Assembly (NCBI RefSeq): GCF_006345805.1
Contig: NW_021833165.1
Span: 1-33,682, forward strand
Reading direction: 5' to 3'
From: Octopus sinensis
Taxonomy: Eukaryota
DNA: 33,682 bases
A program made the translations under genes and the position numbers. This document shows, piece by piece, positions 21,895 through 33,650 of the stretch; position 1 is the first letter of the stretch, and each line of letters opens with the position of its first letter. The notes beneath the pieces are model-generated. The model was given only the letters and a program-made list of their open reading frames with translations. It made no database searches and was not told the origin of the DNA.

Positions 21895-22126
21895 TATTTC
21901 TTTATTACCCACAAGGGACTAAACACAGAGAGGACAAACAAGGACAGACATAGGTATTAAGTCGATTACATCGACCCCAGTGCGTAACTGGTACTTAATT
22001 TATCGACCCCGAAAGGATGAAGGGCAAAGTCGACCTCGGCGGAATTTGAACTCACAACATAACGCAGACGAAATACCGCTAAGCATTTCACCCGGCGTGC
22101 TAACGTTTCTGCCAGCTCGCCGCCTT
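21895..22126 (-). mobile_element. SINE family B, full length, gtaataaagaaata-type 3' end
   Basis: Reverse complement of ggcggcgagctggcagaaacgttagcacgccggg...cccttgtgggtaataaagaaata. Confidence 0.92.
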
Positions 22127-22296
22127 ATATATATAACAATTCGCAATACAGGTTTCTACTGCTGCAACTGCACACTACTCTCTATGCAACTATGCATCGT
22201 AGTCGCTGCAGTTTTGAATGTGAATAAGTCTCCACTCTCCTCTTGGTTATCATTTATATATATATATATGTGTGTGTGTGTGGTGTATATATATAT

Positions 22297-22328
<32 letters not shown>

Positions 22329-22377
22329 TATATGGTGTGTGTGTGTGTGCGTGTGTGATATATATATATATACACAC

Positions 22378-22436
22378 ATTTGTCTGTCCTTGTTTGTCCC
22401 CTTTGTGTTTAGCCCGTTGTGGGTAGTAAAGAAATA
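22378..22436 (+). mobile_element. SINE family B, 3' end fragment
   Basis: tttgtctgtccttgtttgtcccctttgtgtttagcccgttgtgggtagtaaagaaata. Confidence 0.85.
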
Positions 22437-22441
22437 TATAT

Positions 22442-22486
<45 letters not shown>

Positions 22487-22626
22487 ATATATACTTATTT
22501 AAAGCAGCAGAAAATTCAACAAAACCTGTTACTTTGAGTTTCAGTTCCCGTTCGTCGGACAGTTTTTCTGGTATTTGAGTACTCTTTTTTCCACTTGTTT
22601 CCACATTATGTGTTTACTCCGGTTTA

Positions 22627-22674
<48 letters not shown>

Positions 22675-22824
22675 TATATAGATATATATCTATTATATAT
22701 ATATTATTTAATTTTATATTATATTATATTATATTATAGTATTATGTTATGTTATATTACATACATATATCGTGGACTCTCCCTTTCTTAGACGACGTAT
22801 GAGGGCTCTGAAATTTCATGCTAA

Positions 22825-23062
22825 ACAACCACGCAGTTCATTTGTTTATAGTGATCAGATCTTTGTTGTCCCATAAGCACACTTTCTCCATCAAATCGAC
22901 ATTACCTATACAAGTGCCAGACGTGCCATATGTCATGACGAAATGATCGCAGAGTAATTTGAAATAAAATGCTTTGCTCAAGGACACCGCACAACACCTG
23001 CTCTGAGAATCGAAACCACGATCCCGTAATTGTAAGATCAAAATCCTAACCACTAAGCGATA
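22825..23062 (-). mobile_element. Decayed SINE family F
   Basis: gcttagtggttagg...gatcgtggtttcgattc...gtgtccttgagcaaagc...ctctgcgatca...tgatcactataaacaaatg; homologous to 13575-13835. Confidence 0.65.
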
Positions 23063-23227
23063 TATATCGGCTGCAAATATACCACCTGCACTGACCTGTT
23101 ATCTTCATCTTTGCAGTGATTATGGCCTTCTTGCAACTCGTTGGCAGGACTTAAGTGTCACATTCGTCACAAGCATTATGACTGACAAAACACAAAAAAG
23201 TGTAGGTTGTTGGATCCTCATACGCCG

Positions 23228-23312
23228 AACCGACGGGAGAGTCCATCGCATATATATATATATATTATATATATATATAGATATATATTATATATATATA
23301 TATGTATGTATT

Positions 23313-23345
<33 letters not shown>

Positions 23346-23385
23346 TTACATATATATATATATATAGAATATATATAGATATAGT

Positions 23386-23427
<42 letters not shown>

Positions 23428-23582
23428 TGTAAATATAATATATATATATATATGTAAATATATATATATATGTAATATACATACATTACATATTATATAT
23501 ATATATATATATATATACATATATGCACCACACACATATATATAGATAAATAAAAAGAGACAAACAGACAGATTGACTGACG

Positions 23583-23639
<57 letters not shown>

Positions 23640-23760
23640 GTGGATGAATATATAAATATCTATATGTATATGTGTGTGTTTGCGTGTTTATGTGTGTGTA
23701 TACACATACATACACACATACACACACATACACACATACACACACACATATACACACACA
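23228..23760. repeat. Compound (TA)n/(GATA)n/(CA)n microsatellite block
   Basis: Direct inspection. Confidence 0.95.
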
Positions 23761-23768
23761 TACAGGTA

Positions 23769-25025
23769 CAGGGGTTGGACAAAATAATGGAAACACCTTA
23801 AAATTTCAAACAAATTTATTTTAATACGGGGTAGCACCGCTTTTGGCAGTAATTACAGCTTGAATTCTATGAGGTATGAACTCGTACGAAGTTTGAATTG
23901 TTTCCAAAGGAATTTTTGTCCATTCAACTAAAACAGTCTCCAGTTCTTGAGGTGATGATGGTGGAAGATATCGACTCCTTACTTGTTTTCCTAAAATGCA
24001 CCATAATTGTTCAATAATATTGAGATCTGGGGTCTGTGGTAGCCAGATAAGATGTTCAACTTCACTAGAATATTCCTCATGCCATTCAGTAACAACTTTA
24101 GCTATGTGAATTGGTGCATTATCATCCTGAAAGATTGCGCGTTTCCCTCTGCAACCATAGGATGAATTTGATCAGATAAAATGCTTAAACAGTCTTGACT
24201 ATTAATTCTGCCATGAAGGGAAAGCATTGAGCCGGCGGATTTCCAAGATATACACCCCGCCCAGATCCTCACAGATACTCCTGCATGTTTAACAGTTGAA
24301 AGAAGGCAGTCTGGGTCAGATGCTTCTTTTGGCTGTCTCCACACGTATACTCGGCCGGTGGCTGGAAATAAGGTAAATGGTAACTCGTCCAAGAAAATAA
24401 CAGTCTTCCACTGCTCTAGGGACCAATACTGTAGGTTTTTACTCAACTCTAAACGCTTTGCTATGTTTGTTTTTGAAAGTAGTGGTTATCTGATCGCATG
24501 ATTGCAGCCCTCCCGTAAAATCCGGTTTTGTGCAGCTCCCGGCGAACAGTTTTTTGTGGAAACTGGGTTCTCGTGGTGGTCATTTAACTCTGCAGTAATT
24601 TTGGGAGCTGTACTTTTGTGATCCTTTCTAACAATTCGCGTAAGAATCCGATGGTCCCTATCTGAAAGTTTTGGTTTTCTTCAATTTTGTTTCGACGAAG
24701 TTTTTCCCTCTTTCTCAAAAGCTGTCATTACTTTCGAGACAGTACTTCTTGATACACCAAACATTTCGGCTGTTTTCGTTATGCTAGTGACTGCCATACG
24801 AACACCAATAATTTGACATCTTTGAAAGTTCGATAGATCTGTCATTTTAATGAATGTTTCTGATGATCTCTGAAAAGAAACAGCAATTTTAGCAAAACAT
24901 ATTAAGCAACACTAATAATAAATAAAAAAAAACATAAAAATAAACAAGCTTTTGACGGTTTTATAGATATTTAAAAATTATAATGCTATGATGCTAGGTG
25001 TTTCCATTATTTTGTCCAACCCCTG
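23769..25025 (-). mobile_element. Full-length (1257 bp) Tc1-type transposon with DD36E spacing
   Basis: Perfect 30-bp TIR CAGGGGTTGGACAAAATAATGGAAACACCT (23769-23798 and 24996-25025), with TA on both sides. Confidence 0.95.
23821..24845 (-). pseudogene. Tc1-family transposase, disrupted by stops and frameshifts
   Basis: MTDLSNFQRCQIIG...FGVSRSTVSKV...RKPKLSDRD...VSTKTVRRELH..GFYGR...WKTVIFLDE...VWGC...QDDNAPIH...WLPQTPDLNIIEQLW...GATPY*. There are 36 residues between the second catalytic D and the E. Confidence 0.93.
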
Positions 25026-25140
25026 TATATATAAGTGTATGTATCAATTTACATATACATATATACACACTCACACACACTTACATAAATTACACACACA
25101 CAAAGGCACATAGTAAATACATACATGTAAATACATACAT

Positions 25141-25538
25141 AGGCGCAGGAGTGGCTGTGTGGTAAGTAGCTTGCTAACCAACCACATGGTTCCGGGTTCA
25201 GTCCCACTGCGTGGCATCTTGGGCAAGTGTCTTCTGCTATAGCCCGGGGCCGACCAATGCCTTGTGAGTGGATTTGGGTAGACGGAAACTGAAAGAAAGC
25301 CTGTCGTATATATGTATATATATATGTATGTGTGTGTGTGTTTGTGTGTCTGTGTTTGTCCCCGTAGCATTGCTTGACAACCGATGCTGTGTTTATGTCC
25401 CCGTCACTTAGCGGTTCGGCAAAAGAGACCGATAGAATAAGTACTGCTTACAAGAATAAGTCCCGGGGTCGATTTGCTCGACTAAAGGCGGTGCTCCAGC
25501 ATGGCCGCACTCAACTGACAGAAACAAGTAAAAGAGTA
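25141..25538 (+). mobile_element. SINE family A, full length
   Basis: Head aggcgcaggagtggctgtgtggtaagtagc...ggttcagtccc, internal (TA/TG)n, tail ggcggtgctccagcatggccgc...gaaacaagtaaaagagta. Confidence 0.93.
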
Positions 25539-25559
25539 TGCGTAGAAAGGAAGACAGAC

Positions 25560-25603
<44 letters not shown>

Positions 25604-26432
25604 TCACAGAAAGAGAAGCAAGGAGGTGGAGAGAGAGAGAAATTACGAGAATGATGAGGAGAGAAAGGGGGAGAGAGAGCGAAGGTGGGGAAGTGAAAGA
25701 AAAGACGTGAAACGCAACCTCTCCCAAAGGATCCAAAAGTAAGTCTGTGAGATCAATCACTCATTTCCTTACATTTTCCACTTCACTTTTCATCAGTTGT
25801 TGTTGTTGTTGTTGTAGCTGCTGCTGTTGTTGTTGCTGCTTTATGTGTGTGTGGTAGTGGGGGGGAGTGTAAGTATATATGTGTGAGTGTGTACGTTTCT
25901 GTGTGTATATGTGTATATTCATGTATGTGGTGGTATGTATGTGTGTATATGTGTGTGTATGTATATATATGCGTGCATGTGTGTACATATATATTTTTGT
26001 GTGTGTGTGTGTGTGTATTTAGAGTTTTCTTTACGTCTGTTTCTTTCGCATTCAATTTTGTTTGTTCTCGTCTTTCTTTCTTTCTATTTCTCATTTCCTT
26101 CATTCCTTTAGTTAATTGACTTAATGCCTCCCCCGTCTCCATCTCTCTCTCTCTCTCTCTTTCCCTTTCGTTCTTTTTTCTTCACCCCAGGATACATTCC
26201 AACCAGCGGCACAAGGCTGGGGATTTGTGTGGATCCGTGTTTTTCAGCAGGAAACACAAGGTTTTTAATCCAAGGAAATCTATGTGAAGGAGGTCTCGCT
26301 CGAGCTGCGATAATACCCTGCCTGGACTTTCCATTAAATTTTTCATTTAATCTGATTTATTTTGGCTCGGCAAAAGACTGCTTTCTTTGTTGATGTTGTT
26401 GTTGTTGTTGTTGTTGTTGGCTTCGCCGCCGT

Positions 26433-26660
26433 CGTTTAGTCTCAGGTCAGCCCTGATTGAACAGGACCGTCTCTGATCAAAAGCATTTCAACAGTGACCC
26501 GGAAGACATTTTTCCCACTTTCTTTTCTATAACTTTACCTTTCTAGACAGAAATGTATCTAGGACTACCGTCATTTTGTTTTGAAGACAGTAACGTATGA
26601 TTATGGGAAATTTGACTGTTATTTCTAGCAAGATAAGTGACCCTGAAGAGGCTTTGGCAC
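26433..26660 (+). repeat. Unclassified decayed repeat family E
   Basis: gtttagtctcaggtcagccctgattgaacagg...gatcaaaagcattt...gggaaatttgactgttatttctagcaag. Confidence 0.45.
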
Positions 26661-27699
26661 GTTTTGTTGATAGTGGTGTGGGTGGCTATGCAGTTATTGC
26701 AGCTGACGTTGGGTAGCTGGTAATGATGTTGACGTAAATGCAGTGCTGTTTAACCCTGGGTCAACTGTGACGGAGAACACTCATTGCTTAACAGTGTTTG
26801 AGGAGGGTGAATTCATTACTATATTTAGCAGTTCTATAACCATAATGCTTACATGAAGTCCTTCACCTTTGTTTTGAAATAAAGGCATAAATCAGTAGAA
26901 ATCACACCACATATATTACAGCTATTTACTTCCCCCGAATCTTTAAGGGTGACAGCTAAATTCCAGACAGATTGGGAATACAAAATTGTGAGAGAAAAGC
27001 TTTATATAAGCCTAAATGTTGTTTGGCATTTTAGTCCAGCTAAGTTTCAGTGCATCTAATTAGTCGCTCTCATTAAGGATTTAATTTAATGATATTAGAT
27101 GCATAGTGCAAGTGATTACTGTAACGAATTCATTTAGAAAGGCTTAATCTCACATTCTGTACATAAGTTGTTGCTGCTACTACTACTGCTGCTGCTCTTT
27201 ACTGAACAGGGCTTCGCTTAGAAAATATTTTTTCTTAGATTAACTTATGAAAGAAAATTATTTTTTCTGTTCTTTTCTTTTTGAGGGCTGGGTGTCTTCT
27301 TACTGCCAAAGAGTTTCAGAACGTCTACCCCTATTATCTGGAGTGGGGAGGTGGAGAAAAAGCTTATCTTAACAGTTTTGATAAATACATTTTCAGTATT
27401 AACACGTATGGCAAAAGAGCTTTCGTAGAAGTGGCGGTAAGAGGTAATCGTCACAATGATGGTAGAGGAGCCATAAACAAGCACGCTTTCAACATTATTT
27501 TCAAGAGAAACTTTGTGTTCTCGACTCAACACATTTTCTAACATTTATTTTTCTGTTATGCTATTGATCGGAATAGAAGCTGAGAATGCTGACCGTTTAA
27601 CTGTTTCGGCCCCAATTAAGTTCAAGATGAAGAACACACTGACCATCCAGTAAAAAAAAGAAACAGCCACTATGACACAGTGAGGTTTACAAACTTATG

Positions 27700-28310
27700 T
27701 GAAGAGGTTATAAGTAAAATCTCCAAATTTATAGGCTTGTTAGAAGAGTTCCCCCTCTTCTCAACATGTGGAAGCACTCCGTCGGTTACGACGATGAGGG
27801 TTCCGGTTGATCCGAATCAACGGAACAGCCTGCTCGTGAAATTAACGTGTAAGTGGCTGAGCACTCCACAGACACGTGTACCCTTAACGTAGTTCTCGGG
27901 GATATTCAGCGTGACACAGAGAGTGACAAGGCCAGCCCCTTGAAATACAGGTACAACAGAAACAGGAAGTAAGAGTGAGAGAAAGTTGTGGTGAAAGAGT
28001 ACAGCAGGGATCACCACCATCCCCTGCCGGAGCCTCGTGGAGCTTTAGGTGTTTTCGCTCAATAAACACGCACAACGCCAGGTCTGGGAATCGAAACCGC
28101 GAACCTATGACCGCGAGTCCGCTGCCCTAACCACTGGCCCATTGCGTCCTCCACTCTTCTCAACATAATGGAACAGTGAACATACAAGATCACGCTGTTG
28201 GAGGTGCCAGTGAAGCGGACCTGGAGCGACTGGTAACGACGTTGGACAAATGACCATCATCAGGTACACGTTGAAGATATATTGCAGACCAGGTAACGAT
28301 CCCAGACCCT
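27700..28310 (+). mobile_element. Possible highly decayed RTE-type RT remnant hosting a SINE C insertion
   Basis: Joining the flanks gives PLLNIMEQ..IQDHA and GASEADLERLVTTLDK..SSRYTLKI, resembling the region after YADD in RTE RTs. The YADD motif itself is absent. Confidence 0.3.
27768..28153 (-). mobile_element. SINE family C, full length, 13-bp TSD
   Basis: TSD ctcttctcaacat at 27755-27767 and 28154-28166; tRNA-like head; tail ...cgtcgtaaccgacggagtgcttcc. Confidence 0.95.
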
Positions 28311-28860
28311 ATTTAATTCAGGAATGAGGTGTATGTTTGCATCATAATGGGAAACAAATAGCCTATACGGATGTTAGAATACGAACCTCATTCGGATTTT
28401 CTGTCCTGTAATGAAGGAGAAAAAAATACGTGATCTTTACTGTTAGCACCTGTAAGAGAGATCTTTTCTCCTCGGTAACTTTTAGTAGTAGAAATATAAG
28501 ACAAACATATTTCAACTTCTGCATATACTTCGTGCTGACACTTCGTTATTTACCTAAGTCGGGCGATCTTCTAGCATAAATCAGTCAATGTGTTGACTGA
28601 ACTATATATAAAGCTATGGCTTTATTAAGTTCGTTCAGAGTTACCTTTCCCAAGTACATCTCATTGACAAGAGTAAAAAAACTCGAAACATCGATGCCTG
28701 GGATTCCTAATAGATGGTGACACTAAACGAACCGGGTGTTTTCAACCCTTTTTACCGTAATAAAATATTTTTCTCCACAGTGACTGCAGAGTATTTGCCT
28801 TTTAGCAGTTGAAATATGTGACAAACATATTACAACTTACCTTACTCTTCTTATAATATA

Positions 28861-29259
28861 CTAGCAGTATCGCCCGGCGTTGCTCGGGTTTGTAAGGGAA
28901 ATAACTATATAAGCATTTTTAGAGATGTAAAGTATAATAGCCATCTCAATATGGCTAACCCCAAAGGTGGGGGGATGTTACTGTAGCTTTTTACGTTCTG
29001 AGATTTAATTACTAAATTTTAGAGAGTTACTTCCCTTATAAATGCCAAAAATGCATTAAAAATGGGAAAAGTTTATGGTAATTTTTTGTTTAAATCGTAG
29101 ACTCATCGTAGACGCGCGCTAATACCCAGAAGGACTCGATATGAATCATGACTATAAGATACCCGGTTTTAGTTAAACTGCACCGCAAAATGTGGGAGTA
29201 GTTAGGAATCTAAATCGTAGGAGACAGACAGCACACAACCTCTCTTTTATATATAAAGA
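28861..29259 (-). mobile_element. Non-autonomous Helitron, copy 2 (399 bp)
   Basis: Minus strand A|TCtttatatataaa ... cccgagcaacgccggg hairpin ... CTAG|T, the canonical Helitron ends at an AT target with no TSD. Confidence 0.88.
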
Positions 29260-29509
29260 TAATTTTAAATAAAGTTTAAATTATTGGGTGCTTTTATTTT
29301 ATTCTCTTTTTTGTGCAGTTATTTGTATGTTCTTCTCATACTCGTTCCTATACAAGTTTTATGTAACATGTGTAACCTACCCCTCATGTCTTTGTAAGTC
29401 CCTTAATTAACTTTCATTCTACTTTTGCATAGATATGTCTCGATCCCTTATGACAAATAATGAAATGAATATTTAAATCAATTAATGAACAGTTCAATAA
29501 ATAAATAAA

Positions 29510-29670
29510 CGTTTGCCAAATGTCCTCAAATCACACGCTGACGTCTTAGAAAAGTATACGACGATAACGGAGTCTAGTGTTCTCTTACCTATCGGAAAAG
29601 ACTCGGGTTAATCACAATTGAAATGCCTTTGATCATAGGTCCACCCGATCGAGTGTAATCTAGGGCTGGT
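29510..29670 (-). repeat. Unclassified decayed repeat family E
   Basis: Minus strand gacctatgatcaaaggcattt...gtgatttgaggacatttggc. Confidence 0.4.
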
Positions 29671-29902
29671 CAGGCTAGACAGCACTCTCTATACCGTTAA
29701 TAAACACAAAGGCCATTATAATCTTTATTTCCAGCGCTACATAAACGGCCACCACTATTCATATCACCATGCCCACCATGGCCACAACCACCACCAATAA
29801 CACTAACAAGTTGTACAACGTTACTACTACTACTGTCGCTGCTGCTGCTGCTGCTGCTACTACAACTCCTACTCCTACTACTAATAATAATAATAATAAT
29901 AA

Positions 29903-30565
29903 TGTTTTCTAATCGATATATCGATACCAACAGATGACAACGTTTCTCTAAAAGAAATGAAGAAACTTTCAAAGTACAAAGACCTGGAAACAGAGGTAAC
30001 TCGAATGTGGAGTCTAAAAACAAACAATTCCTATCATAATAGAGAGAAGCACTCCGTCGGTTACGACGATGAGGGTTCCGGTTAATCCGAATCAACGGAA
30101 CAGCCTGCTCGTGAAATTAACGTGTAAGTGGCTGAGCACTCCACAGACACGTGCACCCTTAACGTAGTTCTCAGGGATATTCAGCGTGACACAGAGAGTG
30201 ACAAGGCCGGCCCCTTGAAATACAGGTACAACAGAAACAGGAAGTAAGAGTGAGAGAAAGTTGTGGTGAAAGAGTACAGCAGGGATCACCACCCTCCCTG
30301 CCGCAGCCTCGTGGAGCTTTTAGGTGTTTTCGCTCAATAAACACTCACAACGCCCGGTCTGGGAATCGAAACCGCGATCCTATGACCGCGAGTCCGCTGC
30401 CCTAACCACTGGGCCATTGCGCCTCCACTATCATAGTAGGTGCATTAGGTATGATAAAAAAAAAACACCCAGACAAATACATAATAAAAACACCAGGACT
30501 AACAAGTATATCTAACATACAGAAAATAGCACTACTCGGCACCGCATACATCCTACTTAAAACTC
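29903..30565 (+). mobile_element. Dong/R4-like non-LTR retrotransposon 3' fragment (restriction-like endonuclease region), interrupted by SINE C
   Basis: CFLIDISIPTDDNVSLKEMKKLSKYKDLETEVTRMWSLKT..IPII|VGALGMIKK..DKYIIKTPGLTSISNIQKIALLGTAYILLKT. It begins directly after a (TAA)n run. Confidence 0.8.
30043..30427 (-). mobile_element. SINE family C, full length, 12-bp TSD (1 mismatch)
   Basis: ctatcataatag at 30031-30042 and ctatcatagtag at 30428-30439; near-identical to 27768-28153. Confidence 0.95.
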
Positions 30566-31597
30566 AGAACGTACCGACGGGCGAAAAACCGCTAAGCATT
30601 TCGCCCGGTTTGCTAACGATTCTGCCAGCTCACCGCCTTTATTAACAATAATAATTATTATCATTTCTACTCTAGGCACAAAGCCTAGAAAATTTTGCGG
30701 GTAAGTGGGTGAGTCGATTACATCGATCCAAGTGCATAAAGGGTAATTATTTTATCGACTCAAAGGATGAAAGGCAAAGTCGACCTCGGCGAAATTTAAA
30801 CTCAGAATGTAGCGACGGGCGAAATACCCCTAAACATTTTGCTCGGCGTGCTACGATTCTTTCTGCTGGAAGGAAGCACAAGACCTCAATTTGTGAGAAG
30901 GATTTAAGTCGATTACATTGACCCCAGTGCAAAAGGATGAAATGCAAATTTGGCAGAATTTGAACTCAGAACGCAGCGCAGACAGGCACAAGGTCGGAAA
31001 TTCGGTGGGAGAGGACTAGTCGATTGCATCGACCCCAGTGTTTTATCGATACTTAATTAATCGACCCCGAAAGGTTGAAAGGTAAAGTCGACCGCGGCGG
31101 AATTTGAACTCAGAACTTAAAGACAGGCAAAATGCCGCTGAGCATTTTGTCCGGCGTGCTAACGATTCTGCCAGGTCGCTGCCTTTATTAATAATAATAT
31201 TCTTTTCTGCTCTAGACACAAGGCCCTGAAATTTTGGGAGAGGGGGCCAGTCGATTAGATCGACTCCAATACGCAACTGGTACTTAATTTATCGACCTCG
31301 AAAGAATGAAAGGCAAAGTCGACCTCGGCGGAATTTGAACTTAGAACATAAAGACAAACGAAATACCTAATTCTTTACTACCCACAAGGGGCTATACACA
31401 GAGAGGACAAACAAGGACAGACAAACGGATTAAGTCGATTACATCGACCCCAGTGCGTAAGTGGTACTTAATTTATCGACCCCGAAAGGATGAAAAGCAA
31501 AGTCGACCTCGCCGGAATTTGAACTCAGAACGTAACGGCAGACGAATACCGCTAGGCATTTCGCCCGGCGTGCTAACTTTTCAACCAGCTCGCCGCC
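30560..31597 (-). mobile_element. Cluster of about six co-oriented SINE B units
   Basis: Units at about 30560-30638, 30662-30865, 30875-30985, 30985-31183, 31203-31368 and 31369-31597, each with gaatttgaactcagaac or its relic. Confidence 0.88.
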
Positions 31598-31700
31598 TTT
31601 ATTAATAATAATATCAATAACCCTGCTATAAGGTCAATTTCTATCACAACCACCACCACAACATTTTCTGCTACGATCATCTCTATTATTACCACTAAAA

Positions 31701-32026
31701 GGAGCACTCCGTCGGTTACGACGACGAGGGTTCCGGTTGATACGATCAACGGAATAGCTTGCTCGTGAAATTAGCGTACAAGTGGCTGAGCATTCCACAG
31801 ACACGTGTACCCTTAACGTAGTTCTCAGGGAGATTCAGCGTGACACAGATTGTGACAAGGCCGGCCCTTTGAAATACAGGTACAACTCATGTTTGCCAGC
31901 TGAGCGGACTGGAGCAACGTGAAATAAAGTGTCTTGTTCAAGGACACAACGCGTCGCCCCGGAATTGAACTCACGACCTTACAATCGTGAGCCGAATGCC
32001 CTAACCACTAAGCCACGCGCCTTCAC
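31701..32026 (-). mobile_element. SINE family D (different tRNA head, CORE-like body, family C tail)
   Basis: Head gtgaaggcgcgtggcttagtggttagggcattcggc...gagttcaattcc; body tgtgtccttgaacaagacactttatttc; tail shared with C from gtacctgtatttcaa onward. Probable TSD ta(t/c)taccacta at 31687-31697 and 32027-32037. Confidence 0.88.
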
Positions 32027-32029
32027 TAC

Positions 32030-32090
32030 TACCACTACGACTATTGCCTCAATACTACAACTAATACTGCTACTGCTGCTGCTGCTACTT

Positions 32091-32134
<44 letters not shown>

Positions 32135-32930
32135 TTTATTTGTACCATTTCTATCACAACCACTACCACGACCAGCACCACCGCTGTTATTATATCCACC
32201 ACCATCGTCGGCACTATCACAATTGCCACTATTTATAACACGCGCAGCAGCAGCAACACCGGCAACCACCGCCACCACCACACCACCACCACCACCACCA
32301 CAGCCACCACCACCACCCACCACCACCACCGCCACCACCACACCACCACCACCACCACCACCACCGCCGCCACCACCACCACCACCACCTCACCACCACC
32401 ACCACCCACCACAACACCACCACCACCACCACCACACCCCGAACAAACCCCAACCACAACCACCACCACCACACACACAACCACCGAACCACCACCACCA
32501 CCACCACACCACCACCATCACGCCCCCACACACACACACCACCACCACCACCACACAACTACCACACCACCACCAGACCACCACCACCACACCACCACCA
32601 CCACCACCACCGCCCCGAACCCCACCACCACCACCCCACCACCACCACCACACCACCACCACCACCACCACACCACCCACACCACCACCACACCACCACC
32701 ACCACTATAATCCCCACCCCACCACATCCACGGCAAGAGTAACAACAGTCTCGATAACTGTTTGAATAAGTCAATCCATAGTCGACGTCGCCAGCACCGT
32801 CCTCTCCGCATTCAAAACCACCATTGCAGGCACCGTCTACGTCACCACCAACACCTCACTACCATCACTGTCGACACCACCATCACCACCACCACCACCG
32901 TCCGTACCTAGCGCTTCAGTCATTACCACC
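32030..32930. repeat. (CTA)n/(CAC)n low-complexity tract
   Basis: Direct inspection. It explains the Pro/Thr/His- and Val/Gly/Trp-rich ORFs. Confidence 0.95.
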
Positions 32931-33099
32931 AACATTACCTCCGTCAGCGTTCGAAGCCAAGAGGTAAGGAGCCAGGACCTAAATATTCCTTTATTATCCG
33001 CTCGATTTCATCTTGTTATTTCGGCCGCTGCATTGCATTTCTTCAAAATGGGAAAATCAGGGAAGATAAGAACTGGGAAGGCAAGGGATACTGAGAGAG

Positions 33100-33112
33100 G
33101 TGGGGGAGAGAA

Positions 33113-33157
<45 letters not shown>

Positions 33158-33650
33158 TTGGGATAGAGAGAGCGGGGAGGAGAGAGAGCGGGGAGAAGGA
33201 GGGAGGGAAATGAGTGAGTGAAAGTGAATGGGAAGAAAGACAGGTAGAGAGAGGTTGTTGGGGGGGGTGAAAAGTGGAAGGTTAGGTGGAGAGAGAGAGG
33301 GGAAGAGAGATAGAGAGGAGGGGAGAACGCTAGAGGGAGAAGAAAAAGAAGAAGAGGAAGAAAAGAAAAAAAAGAAAAGTAGAAGAAGAAGAAGAAGAAG
33401 TGGAGGAGGGGAGGAAAGGAGATGGACGAGGGGGAGGGATGAGGGAGGGGTGGCGGAGATGGAGGGGAGGAGGGAGAGAGATGGGAAAGGAGAGAGACAT
33501 AGAAAGACAAACAGGGAGAGACAGATCGAAAGAGAAGAAGAGAAGAAGAAGAAAAGAAAAAAGAAGAAGAAGAAGAAGAAGAGAAAAGAAGAGAAGAAGA
33601 AGAAGAAGAAGAAGAAGAAGAAGAAGGGATGCAAAGAGGGAGAAAAGTGA
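33100..33650. repeat. (TG)n, (GA)n and (GAA)n purine-rich low-complexity tract
   Basis: Direct inspection. Confidence 0.95.

Noticed and set aside
25141-25215. tRNA genes at SINE heads (also 11290, 28153, 30427, 32026, 3833)
   Set aside because: They have A/B boxes but continue into SINE bodies and lack a complete paired cloverleaf, so they are SINE heads rather than tRNA genes.
27281-27541. 86-aa ORF and a possible 40-nt exon (ttttcAG...GCG|GTAAGA)
   Set aside because: No recognisable protein; splice-like motifs at this level are expected by chance.
28657-28697. Fourth hammerhead-like string (ttgacaa-gagt-aaaaaa-actc-gaaacatc-gatg)
   Set aside because: Two core mismatches, stem III not palindromic and stem I out of register. 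Too degenerate to claim, though worth including in an Infernal scan.
31929-33213. 278-aa Pro/Thr/His-rich ORF and the following open frame with a GAG|GTAAGG donor-like site
   Set aside because: Derived from a SINE D head and (CTA)n/(CAC)n low-complexity DNA; no evidence of coding constraint.
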